A DNA stretch of 63,703 nt, counting the filler, from Basidiobolus meristosporus CBS 931.73 (taxonomy: Eukaryota > Fungi > Basidiobolomycota): assembly GCA_002104905.1 (NCBI GenBank). It is 3 parts of 3 records of this genome, joined end to end, with 100 filler letters (N's around TTAATTAATTAA, not from the genome) between each part and the next. Parts side by side here need not be neighbours in the genome. Positions count along the whole stretch, not along the records: positions 23,429 to 54,073 come from MCFE01000846.1; positions 54,174 to 63,703 come from MCFE01001324.1; 1 more part is not named here. One strand, 5' to 3'. Shown here piece by piece: positions 49,950-60,734 of the stretch. Positions within the stretch are counted from its first letter, which is position 1. The number at the start of each line of letters is the position of its first letter. Under the pieces are notes generated by a model. That model saw nothing but the letters and a program-made list of their open reading frames with translations. It had not been told where the DNA came from and ran no database searches. The position numbers were made by a program, and so were the translations under genes.

Positions 49950-50698
49950 GTACCTGTTGAAGACCAGGATGTGTTGGAACCAGTGAATCAACAGTGGCAT
50001 AAAGCTGTTGGGTTTGTGCCAAAGTCATGGAACCAGAGCATTACAGCCAAAATACTTATTGAGTGGTGGATTTTAATAGAGTTACTTGTTGAGTGAGGGG
50101 TTGGGCTTAATGTCAGTGTAGGGTATAGGGACTTGATTAAGTGAATACAATTGGCAATTGAGGTACAACTGAAGTTTCAATGTCAAGAAATCAATATGTA
50201 TGCATGAAAGGTAAGAGAAATGGTTGAGTCAGGAAGTACGGAGTGTGAAAAAGAGGCAATAGCTGTTCAATGCAAACAAACATAGGAGGCAATAGAGTGT
50301 CCAGGATGCAAAAGTGAGCAAATTGACAGGGGACCAATCAAAAGCCATAAATACATGGATGTGATAAAAATGTTGACTAAGTTTTTTGTGAAATCTGGGG
50401 TGCAATTATTTTTCAACAGTTTCTGGATGGTGTCCTGATGGGATCAGTACCTCTTAGTCACGGGACTTTAACTTTGTGATGACCTTTTGATGGGATCATC
50501 TCAATAATATTTCATAGGGTCTTTCAAATATCCTAAAGTGTGCTGTGAGAGTCATGGTTATATTGGATGAAAATGAGAGAACATGTAGTTTATGTGGTCT
50601 TCACTTAATGATTTAATGAATGTAAAAGTAATATTTATACTTTTACATGATTTTGGCAGAGCAAACACAAAAAATAGGTTAAGGAAGGTCCCAAGAAC

Positions 50699-52429
50699 TG
50701 TTGAAATATTGGACTATTTGGTATCATTCAGCAGCTAAAAATTTACTTAACAATTCTAGGCTAGTCTTAGTCACTGTAGGACTCATTTACTGCCTTAACT
50801 TTGCCACTTTCTTCAGATATATGATCTTATGATTATTCCCCTATAGTCAGGATCAAATTAGCACTATTACCAAACATTATGTACTAACCCTGAAACTGTT
50901 ACAGAATGCTCCTGAATATTGAGAAACCCTCCCTACTTAGTGTTGCAGCTCTATTACTTCTACAAAGGTATAAATACTGAGCTTCTTTATGAATAAACAA
51001 CAGTTCAACTATTATCACTATTTCTTGATAAGTTCCTTATATCCAAATCACTTCTTAAATTGCAACAGGTTATGAGCCCCGATTGCCTTAATCTATTCTA
51101 AAGATGACTTCTACCAGCAAACAAAGCAATACCAACATCTTCCCTGTAAAGGAGAGGTTTGATGGGAAGAACTACAGACTTTGGAGAATCAAGATGCAGA
51201 TCCACCTTGAGGAAAGAAAGCTTTGGAACATAGTAACAGGAAAGGAAGTTGAGCCCAAAGGAACAGCAGAAGATGTGGAGAAGTTTCAAGAGAAGGAGAG
51301 AAAGGCCTTCAATGCAATATGCATCAATGTGCAAGACTCCTTCATTGGACAAATCCATGCCTCAAATACTACCAAAGCAGCATGGGAATCCTTAGAGAAG
51401 ATCTTTAGAGCAAAGTCAGTATCAAGCAAGCTTTATTTGAAACAAAAGTTCTTCAACATGAGAAAAAAGCCAGATGATGACATGCTACAACTCATTACCA
51501 GAATGGAGACACTTGCAGAAGACCTTTACAGTATTAATGCTGGTGTAGATGATGAAGAAAAGATACTCTGTCTGCTTTGCAGCCTACCAGACAAGTATGA
51601 GCCACTCATACTTTCTTTTGAAAGCAGAGAAGACAACTTGACTTTAGACTATGTCAAAGGAAGACTTCTCCATGAAGAACTCAGACGTAATGATCAAGCA
51701 GAGAAAATTGAAGATAATGCTTTATTCAGCTCAGAAAGGCATACAGAAAAGAAGGGAAAGCAACAAAACCAAAGAAAATCTGGCTGCTGTAACTACTGTA
51801 AGAAGCCAGGACACTGGGCAAGAGAATGCAAGAAGAAACAAGCAGACGAAAAACAGAAACTAGAGCAGGCAAACCATATAACTACTGATGAACAGCTATT
51901 TGTCACTGTACAAGAGAGTGCAAGTAACCGAAGTAATGAATGGTATATTGACTCTGGAGCATCACAGCATATTTGTGGTATAAAGGATTGGTTCAGCAAC
52001 TTAAAGACTATTCCCGTAAGAAAGGTTTATCTGGGAGATAACTCTGCATTAGAAGCTACCGCCAGTGGGTCTATACAACTAAATATGAGTGATAACTCAG
52101 GGGCAACAACAGCAAAACTGACTTACGTACTCTATGTACCTGGAATAGCTAAGAACCTACTCTCAGTCAGTAAAGCAACTACTCAGGGACTGAAATTTGT
52201 TTTTACTAAGCTGAGCTGCTCAATATTGAGTGAAAATGGACAAAAATTAGCTTTGGGAATCAGAGATCACAATATATACAAGTTACAATGCAAGATCATT
52301 GTACCTGAGTATGTCAACATTGCTGAAACTGATGAAACCAACTGGGAGACGTGGCATAGGAGGCTAGGACACATAGGGGAACAGAAAATGAGCCAATTGG
52401 TGAAAAATCAGCTTGTTTTGGGCCTAAAA
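50699..52429 (+). mobile_element. Ty1/Copia element: 5' LTR (50699-51067), PBS, open gag-protease-GAG-pre-integrase; interrupted by Gypsy A copy 2
   Basis: TGTTGAAAT...CAACA, then GGTTATGAGCCC. ORF from 51104 contains FDGKNYRLW, the CNYCKKPGHWAREC knuckle, WYIDSGASQH protease and WHRRLGHIG. Confidence 0.93.
51104..52429 (+). CDS. Copia Gag-Pol N-terminal part (truncated; last codons of the listed ORF read into the Gypsy LTR)
   Basis: Uninterrupted frame with gag, CCHC zinc knuckle, aspartic protease and GAG-pre-integrase motifs. Confidence 0.9.
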
Positions 52430-54073
52430 TGTTACAAGTCTTGGTATAAGAGTTGTAGAGGAATAGGGAGTTTAGCTAGTATTGTATTCACTAAAACTTG
52501 AACTGATTTTTATTGAGGTTCCAGCAGCTCCTTATATACATTTTGCCAGATCAATTGCTGACTAATTGTATTTCCTAATGTAGGTTGTGGCTGATGACTC
52601 ATTTGATTGCATCATCATCACCCAATAGGATCCTACTTAATATATCTATTTCTGTCTGATAAGGATCTGCTGATTCATTTGCTGACTAATGCTACTGATT
52701 TCATAGATAATACTGATGTACTGATAACCTAAACATATACTAACTGATTTGACTAAAAACTGATCTAACTTAAACATTCAAGCGGCAGATCATAACATTC
52801 TCCCCTACTAAAGTTGAGAGGGTTCTCCTGAATCTCTTTTCTTGTGATACCAATATCTTGATGGTTCAGTATTATCAGCAAGTCTTGCAAGCTTGAGTCT
52901 GTCCCTATGCACTAAGTCTTCCCGGATATTGCCTAGTTTGTCCACCAGTTGGTAAGTTGCAAATGGACATTCTCTGATGATCTTGAATGGTCCTGTCCAT
53001 TGTGGCTCAAACTTCTTCCGAGTGTTGTTTCTTAGCAATACAAAGTTCCCAACTGTCAATGCTTCTGGTGCTATAGTCTTATCAAATCTCTGCTTCATCT
53101 TTTCTGCACTTTGAGATACTTTGGTCTGTGCCTCTTGACGTCTTTGTTCCAGTTGCTGGTGTCTACTTGGCTGACTGAGTTCATCTTCTAAGGTGTCTGT
53201 AAGCTTTGGTTGTGTGAGATCTCCTGGAATCCTTGGTTCACATCCATAAACTAAGTAAAATGGTGATTGCTGGGTGGTGTTGTGTACTCTGACTCTGCAT
53301 GCAAAGAGTGCTTGGTCTATATACTCATCCCATCTACTGACAACTCCATTTGCATACTTGGTCAGCATTTTTCCAAATAATCCATTAAACCGCTCAGTGA
53401 CTCCATTAGTTCTGGGGTGATATGCCGAGGTTTTCAAGTGTCTGATCTGCTGCATTTCCAGGTAAGCCTCTAATGTCTTTGCCATAAAGTTTGCACCTCT
53501 ATTGGATAAGATCTCCACAGGGCATCCAAACTTCATCAGGATCTCATGGTAAATGAAACTTGCAACTTCTTGTTCACTGGCTATTGGTACAGCTTTAGCA
53601 ACTGGCCATTTAGTGGCATGGTCAATTGCTACTAGGATCCAACGGTTACATTTCCTGGTAGTTGGCAGTCTTCCAATAAAGTCAATTCCCCATCTCTCAA
53701 ATGGTCTGACAGGCTCCAAAGGGAAGAGTTCGGCAATTCTTTGTGGCTGGCCCTGATTGATTTGGCAGTTTGGGCATGTTTTCACTAGCTTCTCAATATC
53801 TTGTTTCATTCTGGGCCACCATGCTCTGGCTTTCACAAGGCTATAGGTTCCTTCAATCCCAAGATGTCCATATCCATTGTGTAGCTTATGTATTAAATCC
53901 AGGCGAGCAACATAAGGACAATAGGCAATAGGGCTTCCATCAACAATTCGGTAGAGTGTTTCATCCTGTACAACAAATTTGCTGGCTTCATCCCGGATTA
54001 TCTTCTTGATATCTTCATCCACCTCATTAGGAATGGCTTGGTCCTCCAAGTACTTTGGTAATAGGCTAGGCCA
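52430..54073 (-). mobile_element. Ty3/Gypsy family A copy 2 (younger): 3' LTR 52430-52797, PPT, integrase ORF; runs into the gap
   Basis: Colinear with 660-2290; PPT GTAGGGGAGAA precedes TGTTATGA. Confidence 0.94.
52808..54049 (-). CDS. Gypsy integrase domain (HHCC zinc-binding plus rve core); second catalytic Asp appears as Asn
   Basis: HNGYGHLG...CPNC, WGIDF, EILSNRG and NGVTERFNG in a 413-aa open frame. Confidence 0.92.
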   Translation of the reverse strand: MEDQAIPNEVDEDIKKIIRDEASKFVVQDETLYRIVDGSPIAYCPYVARLDLIHKLHNGYGHLGIEGTYSLVKARAWWPRMKQDIEKLVKTCPNCQINQGQPQRIAELFPLEPVRPFERWGIDFIGRLPTTRKCNRWILVAIDHATKWPVAKAVPIASEQEVASFIYHEILMKFGCPVEILSNRGANFMAKTLEAYLEMQQIRHLKTSAYHPRTNGVTERFNGLFGKMLTKYANGVVSRWDEYIDQALFACRVRVHNTTQQSPFYLVYGCEPRIPGDLTQPKLTDTLEDELSQPSRHQQLEQRRQEAQTKVSQSAEKMKQRFDKTIAPEALTVGNFVLLRNNTRKKFEPQWTGPFKIIRECPFATYQLVDKLGNIREDLVHRDRLKLARLADNTEPSRYWYHKKRDSGEPSQL

Positions 54074-54173
54074 NNNNNNNNNNNNNNNNNNNNNNNNNNN
54101 NNNNNNNNNNNNNNNNNTTAATTAATTAANNNNNNNNNNNNNNNNNNNNNNNNNNNNNNNNNNNNNNNNNNNN
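54074..54173. other. Assembly gap (100 bp) with artificial TTAATTAATTAA linker
   Basis: N run with an embedded six-frame stop linker. Confidence 0.98.
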
Positions 54174-55045
54174 ATGATGAACTTGCCTGAGGGATTCAAG
54201 TGGTAGACTGTTCTCTCGTCGAGGAGCTCGGCAGGGATCACCGAGGCAATCACCTTCTCCTTGAGCTCACGACGAATCGTCTCGTTGTCGACATCGGCCG
54301 AGTGCTGGGTGGAGATGACCACAGTGTCCACACGGAGCGGGAGCATGGCTCCGTTCTCGTTCTTGTACTCGACTGTGACCTGGGTCTTGGAGTCTGGGAG
54401 AAGCCATGGGAGAGTGCCGTCACGACGGAGCTGGCTCATCTTGTAGTTGAGCTTGTGCGAGAGTGTCACGGTCAATGGCATCAGCTCGGGGGTCTCGTCA
54501 GTGGCGTATCCAAACATGATTCCCTGATCTCCGGCGCCAGTATCCTCGATGGCCTGGCTCACTTGCACGAGGCCCTGGGCAATGTCAGGGGACTGTTGCT
54601 CAATGGCAACCAACACGTTGCAGGTCTTGTAGTCGAAGCCCTTCTCGGAGTGATCATAGCCGATTCCTCGGATGGTCTCTCTGATCACCTTCTGGTAGTC
54701 AATCTGGGCCTTGGTGGTGATCTCGCCGAACACCATGATCATTCCGGTCTTGGCGGCTGTCTCGCAGGCGACCTTGGAGAGGGGGTCTTGGGCAAGGCAA
54801 GCATCGAGGATGGCATCGGAGATTTGATCGCAGATTTTGTCTGTAGTGTGTAGAAGGACTGGTTAGCACGGCAGCCAAGCTGTTGGAGTAGAGGTGCAGG
54901 CAATAGTAACAGTAATGGTGAAATGGAATGAGGTGGAAGTGGAGGCATCAAGAGTACTCGGAGAGAGATACTAACCAGGGTGGCCTTCGCCAACGGACTC
55001 AGATGTGAATAGGAAGGTTTCTTGTTCAGCCGAAAAGTTGGTCAT
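54174..55045 (-). CDS. SAM2: S-adenosylmethionine synthetase copy 1 (5' part; exon 55045-54976, exon from 54840; cut by the gap)
   Basis: [23 protein letters not shown]|[10 protein letters not shown]...[12 protein letters not shown]...HLNPSGKFI. Confidence 0.9.
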
Positions 55046-55609
55046 TTTACTGCTACGCTTGATATAGATAATGAGACTACTTCGAGGCCCTTTTTATCAT
55101 CAATCGCTCATAGGGCAAGTGGGGTAGAGTATCGGAAGTCCTCACCCAAAGCAGGCCAATTGGAAATTTACACCATGACTTGTGTTTCCACACTTTATGG
55201 TTATTCATTTAAAATGAACTATCACATAACATAGACAAATTCCACGTTGTTCGTGTACCCTACATGATTAGATCGTTATCATTCAGAATATATCACCGCT
55301 CAGACTTCTGCACTATCGTGTGAATGTGGGCCCGAGGTATATGCCAAACTGTGTACGAATGGCGTGATGGCAGATAGAATCTATCGCATGTTCGCAAAAT
55401 TACAACAGCCGGGACAGATTGCCTAACTTAATCCTAATTTGGCAAAGTTTCATATGAAAGTTGCAACATGCTATCTGCTTCTAATTGGCTCTGGTGAGTT
55501 CGCAATCCTGTATTCTTTATCATTAGGGCTCAATACCGATGATCATCACACAGAGACCATTGCATACATAAATACCGCTACTGCGTGCTTCGAAAATTAT
55601 TACAAAGTC
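55046..55609. promoter_or_regulatory. 564-bp interval between the two divergent SAM synthetase start codons; presumed bidirectional promoter
   Basis: Position only; no specific sites are supported. Confidence 0.55.
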
Positions 55610-56911
55610 ATGGTTTTCCTAGCTGAGCAAGAAACTTTCCTATTCACATCTGAGTCCGTTGGCGAAGGCCACCCTGGTTAGTATCTCTCTCCGAGTACTC
55701 TTGATGCCTCCACTTCCACCTCATTCCATTTCACCATTACTGTTACTATTGCCTGCACCTCTACTCCAACAGCTTGGCTGCCGTGCTAACCAGTCCTTCT
55801 ACACACTACAGACAAAATCTGCGATCAAATCTCCGATGCCATCCTCGATGCTTGCCTTGCCCAAGACCCCCTCTCCAAGGTCGCCTGCGAGACAGCCGCC
55901 AAGACCGGAATGATCATGGTGTTCGGCGAGATCACCACCAAGGCCCAGATTGACTACCAGAAGGTGATCAGAGAGACCATCCGAGGAATCGGCTATGATC
56001 ACTCCGAGAAGGGCTTCGACTACAAGACCTGCAACGTGTTGGTTGCCATTGAGCAACAGTCCCCTGACATTGCCCAGGGCCTCGTGCAAGTGAGCCAGGC
56101 CATCGAGGATACTGGCGCCGGAGATCAGGGAATCATGTTTGGATACGCCACTGACGAGACCCCCGAGCTGATGCCATTGACCGTGACACTCTCGCACAAG
56201 CTCAACTACAAGATGAGCCAGCTCCGTCGTGACGGCACTCTCCCATGGCTTCTCCCAGACTCCAAGACCCAGGTCACAGTCGAGTACAAGAACGAGAACG
56301 GAGCCATGCTCCCGCTCCGTGTGGACACTGTGGTCATCTCCACCCAGCACTCGGCCGATGTCGACAACGAGACGATTCGTCGTGAGCTCAAGGAGAAGGT
56401 GATTGCCTCGGTGATCCCTGCCGAGCTCCTCGACGAGAGAACAGTCTACCACTTGAATCCCTCAGGCAAGTTCATCATCGGTGGACCTCAGGGCGATGCC
56501 GGACTCACCGGACGCAAGATCATTGTTGACACCTATGGTGGCTGGGGAGCTCACGGAGGTGGAGCCTTCTCGGGCAAGGACTGGTCCAAGGTCGATCGCT
56601 CGGCAGCCTACACTGCTCGCTGGATCGCCAAGTCCTTGGTGGCAGCCAAGCTTGCACGTCGCTGCCTGGTCCAGCTCTCCTATGCCATTGGCGTTGCCGA
56701 GCCGCTATCTATCTTCGTCGACACCTATGGAACCGGGGTCAAGAGCAACCTTGAGCTGTTGGAGATCATCAAGAAGAACTGGGACCTGAGACCAGGGGTG
56801 ATCGTCAAGGAGCTGAACCTGTTCAAGCCCATCTACTCCAAGACCGCCTGCTATGGCCACTTCGGACGTGAGGAGTTTTCGTGGGAGAAGCCAAAGCAAT
56901 TAGAGATCTAA
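55610..56911 (+). CDS. SAM2: S-adenosylmethionine synthetase copy 2, complete; exons 55610-55676, 55812-56911
   Basis: [19 protein letters not shown] and GGGAFSGKD signatures; 135-nt GT-AG intron. Confidence 0.97.
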
Positions 56912-57119
56912 TTTAATCACTGTATCACTTTAATGGACAATTATTCACGCTGAACTGAAACATCATTTGTTATATAAACCACTTTCTGAAAGAAGAACTT
57001 GTGTAAAACAATGGTTCGGGAATAGTTCGGGAATAGTTCGGATTTACAACTACAAACAGATCGTATTTGGTAATTGGATATTGTTTTGACAAATACAAGG
57101 AATGGAAAAACCAAACAAT

Positions 57120-60115
57120 CTAATCTTGCAGCCCCGAAGGAACATACAACTCGCAATCTTGCCATTGGGACAATTTGTACAGAGTGATAAGTACAATGAA
57201 GTGAAGCAGGAAGGAATAAGCAATCAAAAAGTAGCGGCCATTCTTGTTGGCCAATACGTGGCGAGCGATGTTTAAGGTGGTGCGCTCCACCGGGTTTAAC
57301 GAGTTGTATCGACGAGATTCCTCCTGTTGGCGTGGAAAACGAGATCAATCATAGCTCCACACGACCGATTCACTAACAATATACAATATATACCTTCTTC
57401 TTGTAAGCCTGGAATGGATTCAGATTCTCTTCATACATACTCGAGTATCTGTCGGCTACATTATCGTTGCGAGAGTATGTATTGTCAACGTTGATGACGG
57501 TATTCACATTCTGAAATAGAAGTATACGTGATGTCAACAAACGAATATTCCAGCAGAAAGGAAGTCGCATTTACCCTCTTTGATGGACCATCATTACGGT
57601 AGGAGCTGATGTATTGGATTTTCTCGTACAACTTGACATTGTCTTCCCTTAAAGACTCTAACTCTCCGCCAAGATCAGAGATCCGCTCATTGAGTCCTCG
57701 CACCTCTTCTTCAAGCTCAAAGTTACGTTGACGGAAACGATCACGCTGGCTTGTGAGGATAGGAATGATGGAGTTGTCGTTGCTAGAGTTCAGGAACGGC
57801 GAAGAGGGGCGGCTTTCCTAAAGTAATAGTGAGCTTGGGCACGCAATGAAGATGGAAGAAAACTACATACTGTAGACAGCGGGTCAGTGATGGAGGATAC
57901 ACTACGACGAGCGTTGACGTTGCTCAAATCCTCTTCCAACTTCTTAGTCAAGCTTTTCTGGTCAGTCAGTTCACTCTGGGCCTTGGAAAACTCTTCCTGT
58001 GCCTTTACCAAGTCAGTGTTGACTTGTTGTAATGTGAGCTATAGAAGAGTATATCAGTAACAGTCGGCAGTATCTCATTTAGATTGCCTACCTTGAGATT
58101 CGTCAACTCATTCTCCATCTTTCTGTTCTTGAGCATCAATAGCTTCTCCAGGGATCCAGGCTTGGTATCCCCGTTCACTCCGTTTGTCTTCTGGGCCTCA
58201 TCCAACTCATTTGCAAATTCGACAGACTAGATGGCGACGGTGTAGTTGTAGTTGTAGCAGGTAGAGAATACATCGAGCAAGACACCGAAACTACCTTCAG
58301 GATCTCAAGCTCATTCTTGATCTGGATGTAATCCTTGCGCTCTCTTAGCTGAGACTTGAGTTCTTGGATTTCTTTCTCCTGATGACTCTTGCGTTAATAG
58401 TGTATTTGGGAAAATGCGTGGTCAGCTCTGGAAGTACTTTTTCGGAAAGAGTGCTTTCGAAGTTGGCCTTGCGGCTGGAAGTCACGTTCTCACTCTGGCT
58501 GGCCGATTGTCTGAGAGATTCGATTTGCTTGATCAACTTGGATATTTCACCCTAACAAACGGGATGTTGAATTGAAATGGAAGCCAGAAAAGGTAGATCC
58601 ATACATCACTACCTCTTGCTCTGCATATCTACGCTCATATTCCGCTATTCTGTGGATTGATTCATTCTAAGCTCTTGCCCTGACAGTAGCATTGCAATCT
58701 ACCCTCTACCTTTCATCAGAACCACGCTCGTCGCGTGCCGCTTGAACTTCATTCTTAAGGACCTCCTGCGAATGGCTCTTTAGCATGTGACCAAACACAC
58801 ACGAGATCCGGTGAAGCTTACATTTTCCCCTTCCAACTCCACAATCTTGGCGCTTGCTCTTTCAAGGTCCATAACCACGATATCCAGCTCCGCAAGCTTG
58901 GCAGCGGTCTCTTCGTCTAAAAATCGCTGAGTATTTCCATGGGGAACGAATAGCTAATCGAGTGTCTACCATTTTTCTCTCCATGTCCGATGAGCTTAGC
59001 CTGGGTGTTGTCATGAGAACTCTTCAACTGGATGATCTGTTCATTGGCTTGGTCAAGTTGCTTCTGAAGCTGCATTTCGCTTTGGAAGCAATGCCGATTA
59101 AAACCTGCAGCAAACCAGCGCGGTGAAAACGACCTACCGCTCTCTGAAGTTGTTCACCTTTGTGTCAAAGATCTCTTTGATTTCTGCCTCTTTTTGCTCC
59201 ACCTTCTCGGTGACTACCTCATCCATCTACATCGAGAACTCCTGTGAGTATACTCTACACCGCGGTCAACCTACCAACCATATTACTTTCTCTTCGAATC
59301 TGGCCAATCTCTGGTTAAGCGCGATATTTTCTTGCTCTTGTCCGCGAAGCCTAACGAGCTCCTCGTTGCTCTCCCCCAGTTCGTCTTTTAGTCGCTTTAG
59401 GTCGGATTTCAGGGTTTTGTTCTCGGCGGATTTTGCATTCTCTTCCTGAGGAAAACGTTCACCACCTTGCCAAATACTCAACATGAACGCACCACGGGAA
59501 ACCTACCATCAACGCTGAAATCAAAGGAGCTGGGTCCGGTACGTCGGCGAAGAGCTTGTACAAATTTAGAAAACATCCTTCGGCGAATTTCAATCGACGA
59601 GTCAGATTGTCGATCTCTCCCTGGTAGGCTACACGTTAAGAGAGCAGGGTGAATTTCAACGCGGAGAGCACAACTTTTCCACCAGATGAGACCAACCTTT
59701 AAGTAGGGTTTTGAACTCGCGGGGTTTGTCTTGATCGGCCACCTTTTTGAATTCTGCTCGGACACAGGTCGATGAGATTATTGGTTTTCAGGGACGAACC
59801 GGAGCTCTGGGTTACCTTTGGTTTTTTCGGCCAGCTGCTTTCGTGTGTTCGAGGTATCTTTTTGGTTATTTACAATTTCGGCACCCTGGGCATCGAGTTC
59901 TGTCTGTAGTTTGCTCAGGCCCACCCCTAGAAAGTGGAGATGAGGTATTTAGCAGGGGCAAAGAAGGTTAGAAAGCCTCGGAAATCCCGTCGTGACACTT
60001 GGGCCTCAAGAAAGGGAGCATCCACCGGAGATTTCAAGCTGCTGTGGCTGGTAACCTCACCTTCCCAAGATTTAAAGGCGGTGGTGAGACTTTCATCAAA
60101 AGAATTACGAGCCAT
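57120..60115 (-). CDS. COY1: CASP/Coy1 golgin (CUX1 N-terminal-like region, coiled coil, C-terminal transmembrane segment), multi-exon
   Basis: Spliced translation gives KLQTELDAQGAEIVNNQK...LLK|AYQGEIDNLTRRLKFAE...PDP, LRQDNVKLYEKI-like LREDNVKLYEKIQY, YEENLNPF, and hydrophobic YFLIAYSFLLHFIVLITLY near the end. Confidence 0.9.
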
Positions 60116-60734
60116 CTTCCAAGTTTCCCGAGTGCTTCACCACTATGTTGTGTGTGAGATATGGTCTGCTAAAAATAGTAGGAAGCAAATATGCAACTAC
60201 ACTAGAATCGGTGCTTTAAGAAAAGGCTATTTCCCGCCTACACGAATAGTATAGATGCCCAATGTCATCGATTCATTGGCGAAGTGAGGCGAATTAAGAA
60301 TCAGCTAATCCTGGGCGTCGTTTTAAGCATTTTGGGCATCTTAAGCAAAGATTTACTCTTACTCTTCGGACTCTCCATGAAGCGCCCTGATGCGAAAACC
60401 AAGCCTCCATATTGAAGCGCATCAATTGGCCATCCGGAGATTGCGCAGATATTCTAATCGCAGTGCAACAATTGCAGCAATTCACCAGATAAATACATCA
60501 GAGCCATGATGCATTGTGTAGGAACGTCGATTAATTGGTGGACAAACAAAGTCTAAATTGATGATCGTCACTCCTTGTTCTAAAGGAGAGGTGTCATGCA
60601 GATGAACATCAATGAGCCCCTCTACTACTCCTTACCAGGAAAATCCATTGTTAAGGGGACGGTAGGCTGACTATTTACAACTTCTTGAGCTCAGGTTCAG
60701 TCTCTATTAAACTTATCCCTACTGCTTTCCCATA

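Larger units (their letters stand above)
42206..50200 (+). pseudogene. ORF2 of CMC copy 2 (42206-44024, continuing 49955-~50200 after the Gypsy B insertion)
   Basis: Homologous to 5748-6905 and 23765-24260; contains an internal direct repeat (~43215-43355 and ~43420-43565). Confidence 0.75.
26793..50519. mobile_element. CMC (CACTA/EnSpm-like) element copy 2, both ends present, ~5.7 kb after removing five nested insertions
   Basis: Left TIR CCCTACAAAA, right TIR TTTCATAGGG, 3-bp TSD TCT on both sides (26790-26792, 50520-50522). Internal segments are colinear with copies 1 and 3. Confidence 0.88.

Noticed and set aside
23329-54173. Treating the TE nest as physically flanked by the two gene islands
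   Set aside because: Both junctions are linker gaps, so order and distance are unverified.
54200-54853. 217-aa antisense ORF (and its mirror 55799-56452, plus the 84-aa MAKATLV ORFs)
   Set aside because: Shadow frames of the codon-biased SAM synthetase genes and their intron.
55346-55353. AAACTGTG, like the yeast Met31/Met32 site, between the SAM genes
   Set aside because: A single 8-mer with no adjacent CACGTG, and no evidence the yeast regulators exist in this organism.
57014-57041. GTTCGGGAATA repeated ~2.5 times between SAM2 and COY1
   Set aside because: Short tandem duplication with no spacers; not CRISPR-like and no function can be supported.
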